A stretch of DNA of 47,960 nt from an uncultured Rhodobacter sp. (GTDB taxonomy: Bacteria > Pseudomonadota > Alphaproteobacteria > Rhodobacterales > Rhodobacteraceae): contig CAYXXQ010000001.1 in assembly GCA_964469075.1 (NCBI GenBank), forward strand, positions 1 through 47,960, in the 5' to 3' direction. A program made the position numbers and the translations under genes. The notes under the pieces are model-generated. The model had not been told where the DNA came from, did no database searches, and saw nothing but the letters and a program-made list of their open reading frames with translations. This document shows positions 7,928 through 16,611 of the stretch, piece by piece. The number at the start of each line of letters is the position of its first letter. Position 1 is the first letter of the stretch.

Positions 7928-7964
7928 AATATGTAAGAGCGACTATCAAGGGAAACTCAAAAAC

Positions 7965-9707
7965 ATGACCCGAGCAAAACGCAAGTATACATCGGCATCC
8001 GCCATATCCACGGCAAGTCAATGCCAGCGTAAATGGTTCATCGAGAAGGTTTGCAAGCTGGCAACACCTCCATTCTCCGCAGGGGCATTCGGTACTGTAT
8101 TTCACGCAGTCCTTGAGCGGTATTTCCTCAACCAAGAATTGTACCCCAAGGGGTGGTTCATGTACCGTGAGGACTTCGGGAAGGGGTTCCTTACCAGCGT
8201 CAACAGGTCTGACCAGCAGCTCATCATCAGCCTTGCGACCGCAGGGATCGAGGGCGGCTACCTGGAACACACACCGGGAACTCAGGTTGAATTGCCGATC
8301 CGTCGCAAGCTTTGGGACGCTCCCAACGTGACCTTGATGGGCTCGATCGACAAGGATACCGACTTCGGAATCGAGGATCACAAGACTTCAAGCAACACCA
8401 GATACCTACTGTCCCCTGATGACCTACTCTCTGATATTCAGATGACGATTTATGCTCGGGATTGGCTCGACAGGCACCCCAAAGAACCCTCGGTCAACCT
8501 TCGGCACAACCAGTTCGTCAAGCGACCACCACGTGCTGATAAGGCCTCGATAGACGCACCTCGGGATTTCGTGTTGTCCACGTACCAAGAAAAGATCACG
8601 CCCGTCGTGATCGAAATGTTGAGTTACTGGGATCTGAACTGCGAACCCTTGGATATCCCAGGGGACGAATCAGGAGCTATGTGCCAAAAATATGGAGGTT
8701 GTCCGTGGGCAGAAGCGTGTAACGGAGGGTGTACCCTCGAAATCCTACATCAGCGACACACTGTGATGCAAGCCGAAAAGAACAAAGAAGCAGCGAAAAT
8801 TGAAAAGAAACTGCTTCGCCAACAAGGAGAATCGAAAATGCCATCATTGAAAGACATTCTGGCCGCCAAAGGTGCATCTGGAGTAGCTACGACACCGTCG
8901 GCTGGGGCAACCGTAGCTCCGGCAGCGCAGGCAGGGGGTATGGTCATGTCCCCGGCCGCCCCCGTTGCAGCGGCAGCGATCCCCGTTGCAGCGGCAGCGA
9001 TCCCCGTTGCAGCGGCAGCGATCCCCGTTGCAGCGGCCCAGGGAGACCGTGCGCCTTGGGGAGTGGTCGGTTGTTCCATGTGCTCTGGGAAAGGCCCCCT
9101 GTTGGGGCTCAAAGCGGACGGCAACCCCTGTCCCCTGTGTTCCGCTCGGACGTCGGATGTGTCCATGAAGCCGGATAACTTCGACGTAACAGTGGACGCT
9201 ATGGGTAGTATCTCTATTACCCAGAAGTGTGCTGCAGCTCCCGCAGCCGCCGTCGCGGCTCCGGTGCCTCCGGCTGCGTCGGCCCCCCCTCCTGCCGTTA
9301 CCATTGCCCCGGAAAAGGTCGCTGCAGGTCCGGCAGTTCATGCCGCCCCCGCAGCGCAGGCACCCGCCCCCATAGCCGGAGATCCCGTCAGCAAGGGTTT
9401 CATTCTGGTTATCAACGCGGTTCCGTACGATGTCAAGTTCGGAGCAACGGTCAGCCTCGCTGATGTGATCTCGGCAGCCCAGGAAAGCCTCGCCCAGGAT
9501 CCCGCATATGTTGGGGCGAACACGTTCGACAAGCGCGACATGATCGCAGCTCATGTGAAGGCCGCTGTTTCCGGGGACGGATCTCTTGACGGTGATTTCG
9601 TTGTCGCCCCATACGTCTCCAAGGGGACCGGGCGTGTCGAAGAGATCGTCATCAGAGAGTTGATGATGTGCGAAAACTGCAACGGCATGATCGTGGCGGC
9701 ACTCTAA
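7965..9707 (+). CDS. Cas4/RecB-like PD-(D/E)XK exonuclease fused to Ala/Pro repeat linkers, a zinc-ribbon-like motif and an unknown C-terminal domain (580 aa)
   Basis: Nuclease-domain motifs are SASAISTASQCQRKW, GTVFHAVLE, GSIDKD...IEDHKTS, DIQMTIYA (QxxxY) and the Cys triad CQKYGGCPWAEAC. These are followed by AAPVAAAAIPVAAAAIPVAAAAIPVAAAQ, CSMCSGKG...CPLCS, a second Ala/Pro stretch and a globular C-terminus of about 130 aa. Confidence 0.75.
   Translation: MTRAKRKYTSASAISTASQCQRKWFIEKVCKLATPPFSAGAFGTVFHAVLERYFLNQELYPKGWFMYREDFGKGFLTSVNRSDQQLIISLATAGIEGGYLEHTPGTQVELPIRRKLWDAPNVTLMGSIDKDTDFGIEDHKTSSNTRYLLSPDDLLSDIQMTIYARDWLDRHPKEPSVNLRHNQFVKRPPRADKASIDAPRDFVLSTYQEKITPVVIEMLSYWDLNCEPLDIPGDESGAMCQKYGGCPWAEACNGGCTLEILHQRHTVMQAEKNKEAAKIEKKLLRQQGESKMPSLKDILAAKGASGVATTPSAGATVAPAAQAGGMVMSPAAPVAAAAIPVAAAAIPVAAAAIPVAAAQGDRAPWGVVGCSMCSGKGPLLGLKADGNPCPLCSARTSDVSMKPDNFDVTVDAMGSISITQKCAAAPAAAVAAPVPPAASAPPPAVTIAPEKVAAGPAVHAAPAAQAPAPIAGDPVSKGFILVINAVPYDVKFGATVSLADVISAAQESLAQDPAYVGANTFDKRDMIAAHVKAAVSGDGSLDGDFVVAPYVSKGTGRVEEIVIRELMMCENCNGMIVAAL
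8960..9037. repeat. perfect 21-bp tandem repeat, about 3.7 copies (CCCCGTTGCAGCGGCAGCGAT)
   Basis: I counted the copies directly: 8960-8980, 8981-9001 and 9002-9022, plus a partial copy to about 9037. The repeat is in frame and encodes (P)VAAAAI units. Confidence 0.9.
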
Positions 9708-9710
9708 GCC

Positions 9711-11807
9711 GTGGGAATATTCGCCAACCAACTCAAAGCGTCTCCCCCCGCACCGGCTACGGTACGAAATACCAAGCTGGCGCAGATCCTGAGCGATAGC
9801 AAAAGTAGGTATCACATATCACCAGAAGTCAAGCGCATCTGTGATATGCCTCTGAAATGCGAGGTCTCCGAAGACTTGATACAGGCATTATCAGAGAACT
9901 ATCTCCAGCCTGAAATCCGGGCACAAGGGATCGCCTTACGGCCCTCCCAAGCAGATGGTCTGATCCAGTTTGCTGCAGCTGATGGATTGTTCGCGCCTAT
10001 CGGTGCGGGGGGAGGCAAAACTCTCCTCTCGCTTCTCCTGGCCCACATCGGGCACGCGGAGATGGGACTCAAGAAGATCATGCTTTTGGTACCTGCGCAA
10101 CTGGTTGGCAAGTTGCTGGATCATGAGCTGTCTTACTACCGCAAGTGGATCAATCTATCGTTTTCCGTGCATTGCCTCGCTGGCCGGCCGAAGTCCAGGC
10201 GCCTACACATCGCCCGATCGAACCGCCCCGGGCTTTACATCTACAGCTACTCCATGTTGTCTTGCCCTGACGCTGAAGATGTGTTGAGTCTCGTAGCCCC
10301 GGAAATGATCATCGCTGATGAGGCCCATTGCATCGCAGGCCAATCCGCCCGAGCCGATCGGTTTTCCCGGTACATGGATTTTGCCCAACCGATCTTTGTT
10401 CCGATGTCTGGTACCATGACCAGCAAAAGGATTTCAGATTACGCTAATCTGGCTCGGGCAGCATTGAAAACCAACAACTTCCTGCCGACCAGTAACATGC
10501 TTACGAACGACTGGGGTGCTGTTCTCGATGCTGATACCAATTACATGGATAGGGTGCCCGCTGGAGTCTCTGGGGGGCTGGATTACGTGTACGGATGGGC
10601 CTTGAACTCAGCTCCAGCCAACACGATCACCTACCCTGCTATCACGGCATCCGGACTCAGGCAGGCGTACTGCTACCGCATGGCCACGACGCCAGGAGTA
10701 TCGGTCAGTAGTGTCTTGGATTGTGAAGCGTCCCTGCTGATCCACAACAAGCCAACCACCATGCCTGAAGAAGATCCAGCTATCGTGCAGCTCAAGAAGC
10801 ACATGGATGTTGTCGACGAGTTGATGATAGCTCCTAATGGAGATGAGATCTCCCACGCGTTCCATACATTCAAGTGGCAGTCAGAGCTTACTGTGGGGTT
10901 CTACAACGAGCTGTACTGGCCTACCGTAGGCATCGTGGCTAAGAAAGCCGAGATCTCCGACCACGATGCCTTAGACCTACTGTCGAGGTCTCAGATGCAC
11001 TTTGAGGCGCACCAGCAGTACAACCGGGATCTCCGAAAGTGGATAGGCTACAACGCGAAAAAAGGCTTGGATACCCCGATGCTTATAGGCAACAGCATGT
11101 ACAATCACGGGGCTGAGGCTGTTGGGGAACCTCTGTACGCCAGTTGGTCACACATGAAGTCCCTGGATTTTGACGGACGTATCGAGCGCATCTCGCGTGC
11201 CGTCCGTGTCTGCGACTTCAAGATCAAAGCTGCAGCATCGTTTGCAAAGGAGTACCGAAAAGAGTTCCAGAAGGGCATGCTGTTTTGGTATAATCACCAG
11301 GAGATCGGGCGTTGGCTGTTTGAGGTATTCAGTGCTGAAGGTTTGGACCCCCTGCTGTGTGAGGCTGGTGACGCTGCAGCGAAGATCTTCCTCGATGAAG
11401 AAGCCTGCAAAGGTCGAATCATCTTGGCAACATACAACAGCCACGGTACCGGCCGGAACCTGCAGTTCTTTGATACCCAGTATTTCGTAGAGTGGCCACG
11501 TCCCGCCAAGACAGCGGAGCAGGTCATTGCCCGAGAGCACCGGCTGGGCCAGAAGTCAGACGAAGTGACCTGCATCACAAACATGTCCACCGACTTCGAT
11601 TATATGTGCTTCGCAGCGACCCTTAACGATGCCCTGTACATTCACCAGTCGAACGGTACACCTCAACGGTTGATCCTGGCTGCCTACGAACCACGGCCCC
11701 GTATCTTTCCGCCCCACGTCCTCAGGGAGCGTGGATTCACTCTGGTCTACGACCTCAACAACGACCTCTTGCACAAACTTGAAGCGATGGGGGTTGACCA
11801 TGTCTGA
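9711..11807 (+). CDS. SNF2/DEAD-like superfamily 2 helicase (698 aa, GTG start)
   Basis: Motif I is GAGGGKTL and motif II is IIADEAHCIA. Helicase-C motifs are SHGTGRNLQ and QVIAREHRLGQ (Q..R..R.GQ). Confidence 0.85.
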   Translation: MGIFANQLKASPPAPATVRNTKLAQILSDSKSRYHISPEVKRICDMPLKCEVSEDLIQALSENYLQPEIRAQGIALRPSQADGLIQFAAADGLFAPIGAGGGKTLLSLLLAHIGHAEMGLKKIMLLVPAQLVGKLLDHELSYYRKWINLSFSVHCLAGRPKSRRLHIARSNRPGLYIYSYSMLSCPDAEDVLSLVAPEMIIADEAHCIAGQSARADRFSRYMDFAQPIFVPMSGTMTSKRISDYANLARAALKTNNFLPTSNMLTNDWGAVLDADTNYMDRVPAGVSGGLDYVYGWALNSAPANTITYPAITASGLRQAYCYRMATTPGVSVSSVLDCEASLLIHNKPTTMPEEDPAIVQLKKHMDVVDELMIAPNGDEISHAFHTFKWQSELTVGFYNELYWPTVGIVAKKAEISDHDALDLLSRSQMHFEAHQQYNRDLRKWIGYNAKKGLDTPMLIGNSMYNHGAEAVGEPLYASWSHMKSLDFDGRIERISRAVRVCDFKIKAAASFAKEYRKEFQKGMLFWYNHQEIGRWLFEVFSAEGLDPLLCEAGDAAAKIFLDEEACKGRIILATYNSHGTGRNLQFFDTQYFVEWPRPAKTAEQVIAREHRLGQKSDEVTCITNMSTDFDYMCFAATLNDALYIHQSNGTPQRLILAAYEPRPRIFPPHVLRERGFTLVYDLNNDLLHKLEAMGVDHV

Positions 11808-11946
11808 TCTTATCGCACTCGGGTTCTGCCCTGTAACACTCCCAGATAGCGTGGACCCGGGATTTCAACCGGTTGATGTGGTATGGAGAATCGCCATACC
11901 ACGCGCCCCAACCCCTACCAGGCAGTCCAACTCAGGATTCGTTTAG
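11800..11946 (+). CDS. small ORF (48 aa from ATG 11800; tracked ORF starts at 11731)
   Basis: ATG 11800 overlaps the helicase stop. No motif recognised and support is weak. Confidence 0.3.
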   Translation: MSDLIALGFCPVTLPDSVDPGFQPVDVVWRIAIPRAPTPTRQSNSGFV

Positions 11947-11973
11947 CTGTTAACTTCTGGGAGATGTAATCAA

Positions 11974-12007
11974 CCCCCCGGGCTACCCACTTTTTAGCCC
12001 GGGAGGG
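11974..12007 (+). terminator. GC-rich hairpin (CCCGGGCT / AGCCCGGG plus flanking C/G pairs)
   Basis: An 8-bp perfect stem (11977-11984 with 11996-12003) can be extended by CCC/GGG across one bulge. The loop contains TTTTT, but there is no clear 3' T-tract. Confidence 0.3.
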
Positions 12008-12083
12008 GTTCGATGTAAAGTAAGGTTGTTGTGAATCAAGAGTCAATCGCAGGAACGGGAAACCAAGAAATCAGGAGAGAAAG

Positions 12084-12677
12084 ATGTCAGTCAAAGTAAC
12101 AACGGTAGCCGGACTGTTTAATGGCATGAGGGACGCCAAGGTCACCCAGAAGGCCAAGTACATGTCTGGGAACGTCGCATGCATGGTGACGTCCGTGGAT
12201 GTCATCAATACACGCATCAACGAAACGGCTCTGATTTTCAGATGCCTTGTGATCCTGCCGTACGAAGACGACAAGGGAGCCCCTTTCGGCCAAGCCGGGT
12301 ACTCTGGCCTGAACCCCGGGGACGAGACCAGTATCTACATCAAGATCAGTGGAAGTGAGTACTTCCTAGCTGACATGAAGCGCGTACTGATGGCACTGTT
12401 CCCCGAAGCTTCGGGCGAAGAGTTGGACGAGTCCGACGCGTACTTGGCTGCTGGCTATACTGAAGACGGCACGGCCTTGACAGGCAACCAGCCATGCTTC
12501 GGGCGCACGTTCCGCTACTACCAACGAGGGTACACAAACAAGGCAGGAGAAACCAAGTTCGCTCACGAATACGAGCCGACCGTCCCGGTACCCGAACTCC
12601 TGCTGTCGCTTCCGGCCAACTGGGCCGAACGGATTCTGAGGAATGAGAACGTCGTAGCTGCTGCTGCCTCCAACTAG
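12084..12677 (+). CDS. hypothetical protein (197 aa), an isolated unit bracketed by hairpins
   Basis: AGGAGAG SD lies before ATG 12084. Hairpins sit upstream (11974-12007) and downstream (12685-12729). No family recognised. Confidence 0.6.
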   Translation: MSVKVTTVAGLFNGMRDAKVTQKAKYMSGNVACMVTSVDVINTRINETALIFRCLVILPYEDDKGAPFGQAGYSGLNPGDETSIYIKISGSEYFLADMKRVLMALFPEASGEELDESDAYLAAGYTEDGTALTGNQPCFGRTFRYYQRGYTNKAGETKFAHEYEPTVPVPELLLSLPANWAERILRNENVVAAAASN

Positions 12678-12684
12678 CCGCCAC

Positions 12685-12736
12685 TGCCCCCTTAGCGACC
12701 TTTCGCCGGGACTCACCGCTAAGGGGGCAACCTTTT
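12685..12736 (+). terminator. intrinsic-terminator-like hairpin
   Basis: A 13-bp perfect stem is formed by TGCCCCCTTAGCG (12685-12697) and CGCTAAGGGGGCA (12717-12729), followed by ACCTTTTCC. Confidence 0.55.
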
Positions 12737-12754
12737 CCAGGAAGGTAAGGTAAA

Positions 12755-15214
12755 ATGTCAGAGACAGTAAACAACTTAGTTGGGATGGATACAGAGACGT
12801 TCCTGATAGGTCAGGAAGCACCGTTCCCGAGGCCAGTCTGTGTTCAGTTCTCAGATTTCGATAAGGGTCAGGTTGACCCCGGGACCGTATCAGTTCTCGA
12901 TGGGATGGAATCGATTTTCGAGATCACTGCAGATTCAGGCGAGAACAACATTGTCACAGTGTGGCACAACGCGAGCTACGACTTGCAGGTCATGTGCCAG
13001 CACCGACCGGACCTGCTACCCAAGATGATCGAGATGGTTCGATCTGGACACGCCAAGTGTACTTTGATCCGCGAGCAGATGCTGAACCTGGCACAGTATG
13101 GCCATCCTAGCATGATCGAGATCAACGGAGTGTTCAAGCAGATCAGCAACGCCCTTGTAGAGTGCGTTCGTCGGTATTTCGGTGTCGACCTGTCTGCATC
13201 GAAAGCGGATGACTCTTGGCGCATGAATTACGCATCTCTGATCAATGTGCCGTTAGCGCAGTGGCCACCCGAGGCTGTCGAGTACGCGGCAGACGATCCG
13301 GTGTGGGCTGCCAAGCTGTACATGGCCCAGGAGAAGCGCCGGGAAGAATTCATCGATCGCGTCGGCGTGGATCCCCTGAAGCAGGAGACCTTCCGTACCG
13401 AGAAGTCTTTCCTACTCACGTTCCTGACACAGGTAGGCTACGACGTGGATCCGATACGGTTCTGGGAGATTGAGCAAGGGATCCTGGATAACTTCAACGA
13501 GACACTATTCCCCCTGCTCACAGAGGCGACCATCTATCGCCCGAAGACACCTCCCCAACCGTTCGCCAACGGCGCTAAGGACCACACTGAAGACTGCTTC
13601 GCCAACAACAAGAGTCCTCAGTACGACAAGAAGCGTGCAACTGGGAAGAACAAAGAAACGTGCGACTGCCCTCCGAAGATGACGGGAGGCAAAAAGGCCG
13701 GCATACAAACCAAGATATTGCAGGCCTACGTGTGGGAGCTGTGTCGGGGATCGGATGATTTCCAAATCTCGTTCACTAAGTCTGCAAACCATGCCGATGT
13801 TGGGCACTTCTCGAAACACCAATGGGCATCGGATCCATTAGTTACCACAAGGCTGATGACCTTTGTTGCTGTTAACAAGGAATTCCTTGAGGCACATAAG
13901 CAGCTTGACCCTATCGTACTGGAATATGCCGACTACCAAGAGTACTCCAAGCTAGTATCAAGCTACCTCCCCAGCCTCCGAGAAGCCAGCGAAAATGGGT
14001 ACCCTGTTAGGTCTCAATACAGCGTCGTAAAGAGTACCGGGCGCACGTCAGCTAGAGACGCTAGCAAGGGCAAAACCAAAGAGAAGTTCTACTGCTCTTG
14101 GAACAGCCAACAGGTTGACCCTCGTGTCCGCACAATCTGCATTGCTCCGAAGGACATCGGGTTCACCGAAATTGGCAACCGCTACGAGTGCCCGGGGATG
14201 GATTGGGTCATGGCATCCATTGATTATTCCGCGATGGAGCTTGGCACCTGGAGCCAACGGTGTATCGATCTGCTGGGGTTCAGTGATTGCGCTACCATGA
14301 TCCTAAACCAGGGCAAGGACGCGCACATGTACCTGGCTGGGGCTCTGGCAACGCAATTCGATCCGGACTTCGCTGCAGCCTACGCAGGGGATAGTCTGAT
14401 GGCTACCTACGAGTTCCTGGAAGCTATCAAGAAAGACACATCTTTTTGCGATCTCCCATTGTTCATCGAAACCTGGAAAGACGCAGGAAGATCATCAAAA
14501 CCGACGTGGAAGGATTTCTGCAAGCACTACCGCACGTTCGCCAAGCCTGTCGGTTTGGGCTATCCCGGGGGTCTTGGTGTCCGCACCCTCTGCACCATGG
14601 CCGCTGCAACGTACCACTTCAAGGTAACGGAAGCGGAATCAAAGCAGGCGCGTGAAATCTGGAAGAGCACTTACCGGGAAGCCCAGGCAGCGTTGACCTA
14701 TGTCAACAACGAACTTGTCGATCCCTCCCGCGACATCATGTGGAAAGAGGATCCACGGACGGGCAATAGGAAGCGCGAAGTGCGTTACGCTTACACGACC
14801 GCCGGCGGATTGTACCGTAGCAACTGCACGTACACTGCAGCGGCAAACGGGTGCTTCCTCCAGGCTCCTGGCGCCGAAGGGGCGTTGGCCGGCATGGCGA
14901 ATACGATTCGGGAAGCGTATTCCGGTAGTGGGATACTCGGTCCGGACAGCTATGGACTGCAGACAGTCCCCATCAACTTTGTCCATGATGAGGGTATCTT
15001 CTTGCTACGGAGAGATGGTAACGAATCAAAGCGGGCGTTTGAACTTGCCGATTTGATGGTTGCAGGTATGAAGACCGCCACCCCGGATGTAACTGCAGGA
15101 GCCGAGCCTGTGTTGATGTTCAGATGGGACAAGAAAGCTGAAGCAGAGTACGATTCGGACGGGGTTCTGATCCCGTGGGACGAAGACGATAGGCCAGAAA
15201 GGGAAATGATATGA
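12755..15214 (+). CDS. family A DNA polymerase with 3'-5' exonuclease domain (819 aa)
   Basis: Exo I is VGMDTETF and Exo II is WHNASYDLQV. Polymerase motif A is SIDYSAMELG, motif B is FAKPVGLGYPGGLG and motif C is NFVHDEG. Confidence 0.9.
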   Translation: MSETVNNLVGMDTETFLIGQEAPFPRPVCVQFSDFDKGQVDPGTVSVLDGMESIFEITADSGENNIVTVWHNASYDLQVMCQHRPDLLPKMIEMVRSGHAKCTLIREQMLNLAQYGHPSMIEINGVFKQISNALVECVRRYFGVDLSASKADDSWRMNYASLINVPLAQWPPEAVEYAADDPVWAAKLYMAQEKRREEFIDRVGVDPLKQETFRTEKSFLLTFLTQVGYDVDPIRFWEIEQGILDNFNETLFPLLTEATIYRPKTPPQPFANGAKDHTEDCFANNKSPQYDKKRATGKNKETCDCPPKMTGGKKAGIQTKILQAYVWELCRGSDDFQISFTKSANHADVGHFSKHQWASDPLVTTRLMTFVAVNKEFLEAHKQLDPIVLEYADYQEYSKLVSSYLPSLREASENGYPVRSQYSVVKSTGRTSARDASKGKTKEKFYCSWNSQQVDPRVRTICIAPKDIGFTEIGNRYECPGMDWVMASIDYSAMELGTWSQRCIDLLGFSDCATMILNQGKDAHMYLAGALATQFDPDFAAAYAGDSLMATYEFLEAIKKDTSFCDLPLFIETWKDAGRSSKPTWKDFCKHYRTFAKPVGLGYPGGLGVRTLCTMAAATYHFKVTEAESKQAREIWKSTYREAQAALTYVNNELVDPSRDIMWKEDPRTGNRKREVRYAYTTAGGLYRSNCTYTAAANGCFLQAPGAEGALAGMANTIREAYSGSGILGPDSYGLQTVPINFVHDEGIFLLRRDGNESKRAFELADLMVAGMKTATPDVTAGAEPVLMFRWDKKAEAEYDSDGVLIPWDEDDRPEREMI

Positions 15215-15486
15215 TTATGGGCGAAGTAACAGCAAAAGCGGCACGCAGAGGCAAGTACGGGGAATTCGCAAAGAGGTTAATCAATCTGCATATCGGCAGT
15301 GAGTTTTCGGTCTTCGAAGACGGAACCCCTGCCAACCTCCTCCGCACCCGACTGTGGTCCGCGATGCGCACCAACGAGGATGTTCAATCGTACCTGGACT
15401 CGACCGGGCGCCTGTTGAAATTCCGGACCGAAGGCGGCACCATGGTTTTCGTGAGCGTTGAAAACCAGAAATCAGAAGTCGTATAA
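15211..15486 (+). CDS. hypothetical protein (91 aa)
   Basis: ATGA-coupled to the polymerase stop. No motif recognised. Confidence 0.5.
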   Translation: MIMGEVTAKAARRGKYGEFAKRLINLHIGSEFSVFEDGTPANLLRTRLWSAMRTNEDVQSYLDSTGRLLKFRTEGGTMVFVSVENQKSEVV

Positions 15487-15527
15487 TCGGCTCCCCTGGC
15501 ATACTCAAAAACAAGGAAAGCGACAAC

Positions 15528-16610
15528 ATGTTGAAACTGACAAAGAAGCAGGTTAACGCGGTAGTAACCGCAGCATCGGCAGTCTTGACTCGCAAGATTG
15601 ATGAGGAGCTCAAGAACGTACTATTCGTTCCGAGTGGTGTCGATCATTTGGAGGCGATGTCGACCAACGGTACCGAGACGATTGGGATCCAGATCGACGC
15701 CGCTTTGGAAGAATCAATCACGGTACCTCTCAACGCCCTGACCTCCTACAAAGCAGCCAAGCCGGAGGAAGACTTCTACGCTTACTTCGACGGCAACTGC
15801 GTGTACTGCGGTCCGGAGTCTGACATGGCCGAGTATCCGGAAGCATCATCCGACGCAACCAAGCCTGCAGGGATCAATCTTTTTGATTTCAACGTAAAGA
15901 CATTCCTGTCCACGGTTCGGGGACTTGACTGGGGAATCCCGAAAAAGGATCCGATGCTGTACTTCAGCGATCAAGGTGTATACGTCGGGAGCGGCCTGAA
16001 TCTGGTATGGGGTTACGTCGCTGGGTTACCGGAAAGCATACCTTTCGGCAATGTCCCCTTGACCCGAGTACTTCTCAAGAAGATGCCTACGAGGGGATCT
16101 GGCAAGATCGGGTATGGCCCCGGGGGCGATATTTTGTACCTGGAGGTGGGCAAATACTGGTACAGTGTCAAATTTGCCATCATCGACAAGACAGACATCA
16201 TTGAAACTTTGGCTTTGTATGTCCCTGGGTACAAAACCACTCTTGTATTCACAGATCCCCAGAAACAGGCCCAGGAGCTTCGTGAGGTCTTGGCCGCATT
16301 CCCGGCCGGATCTTCCGACCACGCAGCGCTCAGCGCCGGAAAACGGGCCAGTATGGTAACTGTGTTGCTGGAGGGCAGACCAGTGGGGTTTCCCTTGGAC
16401 GTCTTGACCGAAGGTGAGTCCTACACACGCCCAGTCGTATCACTGACACTCATAGTGAATGCTTTGGACGCTGGTCTCACTGAGCTGTGTTTCGGAAATG
16501 ACCCGTCTCAACCTCTTGTATTCTCACATGCCGATACCGCATGTGTCATCATGCCCATTACCCCAGGGACATACTCACCCGAGGACAAGATTCTCGTTGG
16601 AGGTGCGTGA
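15528..16610 (+). CDS. DnaN-like beta sliding clamp candidate (360 aa)
   Basis: The size matches DnaN. The N-terminus (KNVLFVPSGVDHLEAMSTNGTETIGIQIDAAL) and C-terminus (LIVNALDAGLTELCFGNDPSQPLVF...ACVIMPI) parallel E. coli DnaN segments as I remember them. No search was run. Confidence 0.5.
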   Translation: MLKLTKKQVNAVVTAASAVLTRKIDEELKNVLFVPSGVDHLEAMSTNGTETIGIQIDAALEESITVPLNALTSYKAAKPEEDFYAYFDGNCVYCGPESDMAEYPEASSDATKPAGINLFDFNVKTFLSTVRGLDWGIPKKDPMLYFSDQGVYVGSGLNLVWGYVAGLPESIPFGNVPLTRVLLKKMPTRGSGKIGYGPGGDILYLEVGKYWYSVKFAIIDKTDIIETLALYVPGYKTTLVFTDPQKQAQELREVLAAFPAGSSDHAALSAGKRASMVTVLLEGRPVGFPLDVLTEGESYTRPVVSLTLIVNALDAGLTELCFGNDPSQPLVFSHADTACVIMPITPGTYSPEDKILVGGA

Positions 16611-16611
16611 C

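Noticed and set aside
7950-7964. Shared ACTCAAAAAC motif upstream of the genes starting at 7965 and 15528, as a possible phage promoter element
   Set aside because: I found only two occurrences by eye, the motif is short, and it sits at SD distance rather than promoter distance. That is too weak to call.
8960-9037. Possibility that the 21-bp repeats are a CRISPR array
   Set aside because: The units are directly tandem with no spacers, are only 21 bp long, and lie in frame within a coding sequence.
8750-9815. 184-aa and 323-aa minus-strand ORFs across the Ala/Pro repeat region
   Set aside because: They are antisense to the nuclease-fusion gene. Their openness results from the GC-rich Ala/Pro codon repeats, which yield Gly/Arg/Cys-rich translations.
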